In this document: in pieces, positions 63,801 through 64,000 of the stretch | Numbering within the stretch: the stretch's first letter is position 1 | How the letters are laid out: every line of letters starts with the position of its first letter | Source: Octopus sinensis | Taxonomy: Eukaryota | DNA: 64,000 nucleotides | Reading direction: 5' to 3' | Assembly: GCF_006345805.1 (NCBI RefSeq) | Contig: NC_042997.1 | Coordinates: 156,302,001 to 156,366,000, forward strand | The notes under the pieces: generated by a model | What the model was told of the DNA's origin: nothing | The model's input: the letters and a program-made list of their open reading frames with translations, nothing else | Databases searched by the model: none | Made by a program: the position numbers and the translations under genes

Positions 63801-64000
63801 ACCAATGGCAACAACAATAAAAAATTATTGGCTCCAATAATCAACAAGTTTGTTATATATCATTTTTTTCTTTTTGAAATTCTATTTATTGCTTTAAATA
63901 GTCACTTCTAACATTAGTATACATCCATAAATTTGGAGCAGAATGTTGAGTCGATTAACTTGGCACCAAACTTTACTGCCACTTATCTATCAACCCCAGA

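Overview
Repeat-dense, AT-rich eukaryotic DNA with no intact protein-coding gene visible. It is probably intronic or intergenic sequence from an octopus; this is inferred from the recurring SINE families and RTE-type LINE ends, not from a database search. Most ORFs in the supplied track are microsatellite or SINE artefacts. The supported content is: many SINE copies, RTE LINE fragments, a decayed mariner (2339-3543), two Buster-type hAT relics (13597-18348 with a perfect 8-bp TSD; 37796-40207), Helitron-type elements (4825-5191; 43504-47459), several MITEs, satellites and microsatellites. Four things stand out. (1) A fully base-paired type I hammerhead ribozyme at 50015-50102 inside a ~275-bp unit bounded by (TA)n. 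(2) Three copies of a second, ~210-bp (TA)n-inserted element carrying a minimal Penelope-style hammerhead with a shared A6-to-U core change. (3) A nested rearrangement of the large hAT: the transposase N-terminus is flipped between two inverted copies of a telomere-repeat-carrying MITE. (4) An ~860-bp tandem unit inserted into the (TA)n tract of a SINE. A few weak minus-strand exon candidates hint at a host gene. Coordinates were counted by eye, and the edges of decayed repeats are approximate.
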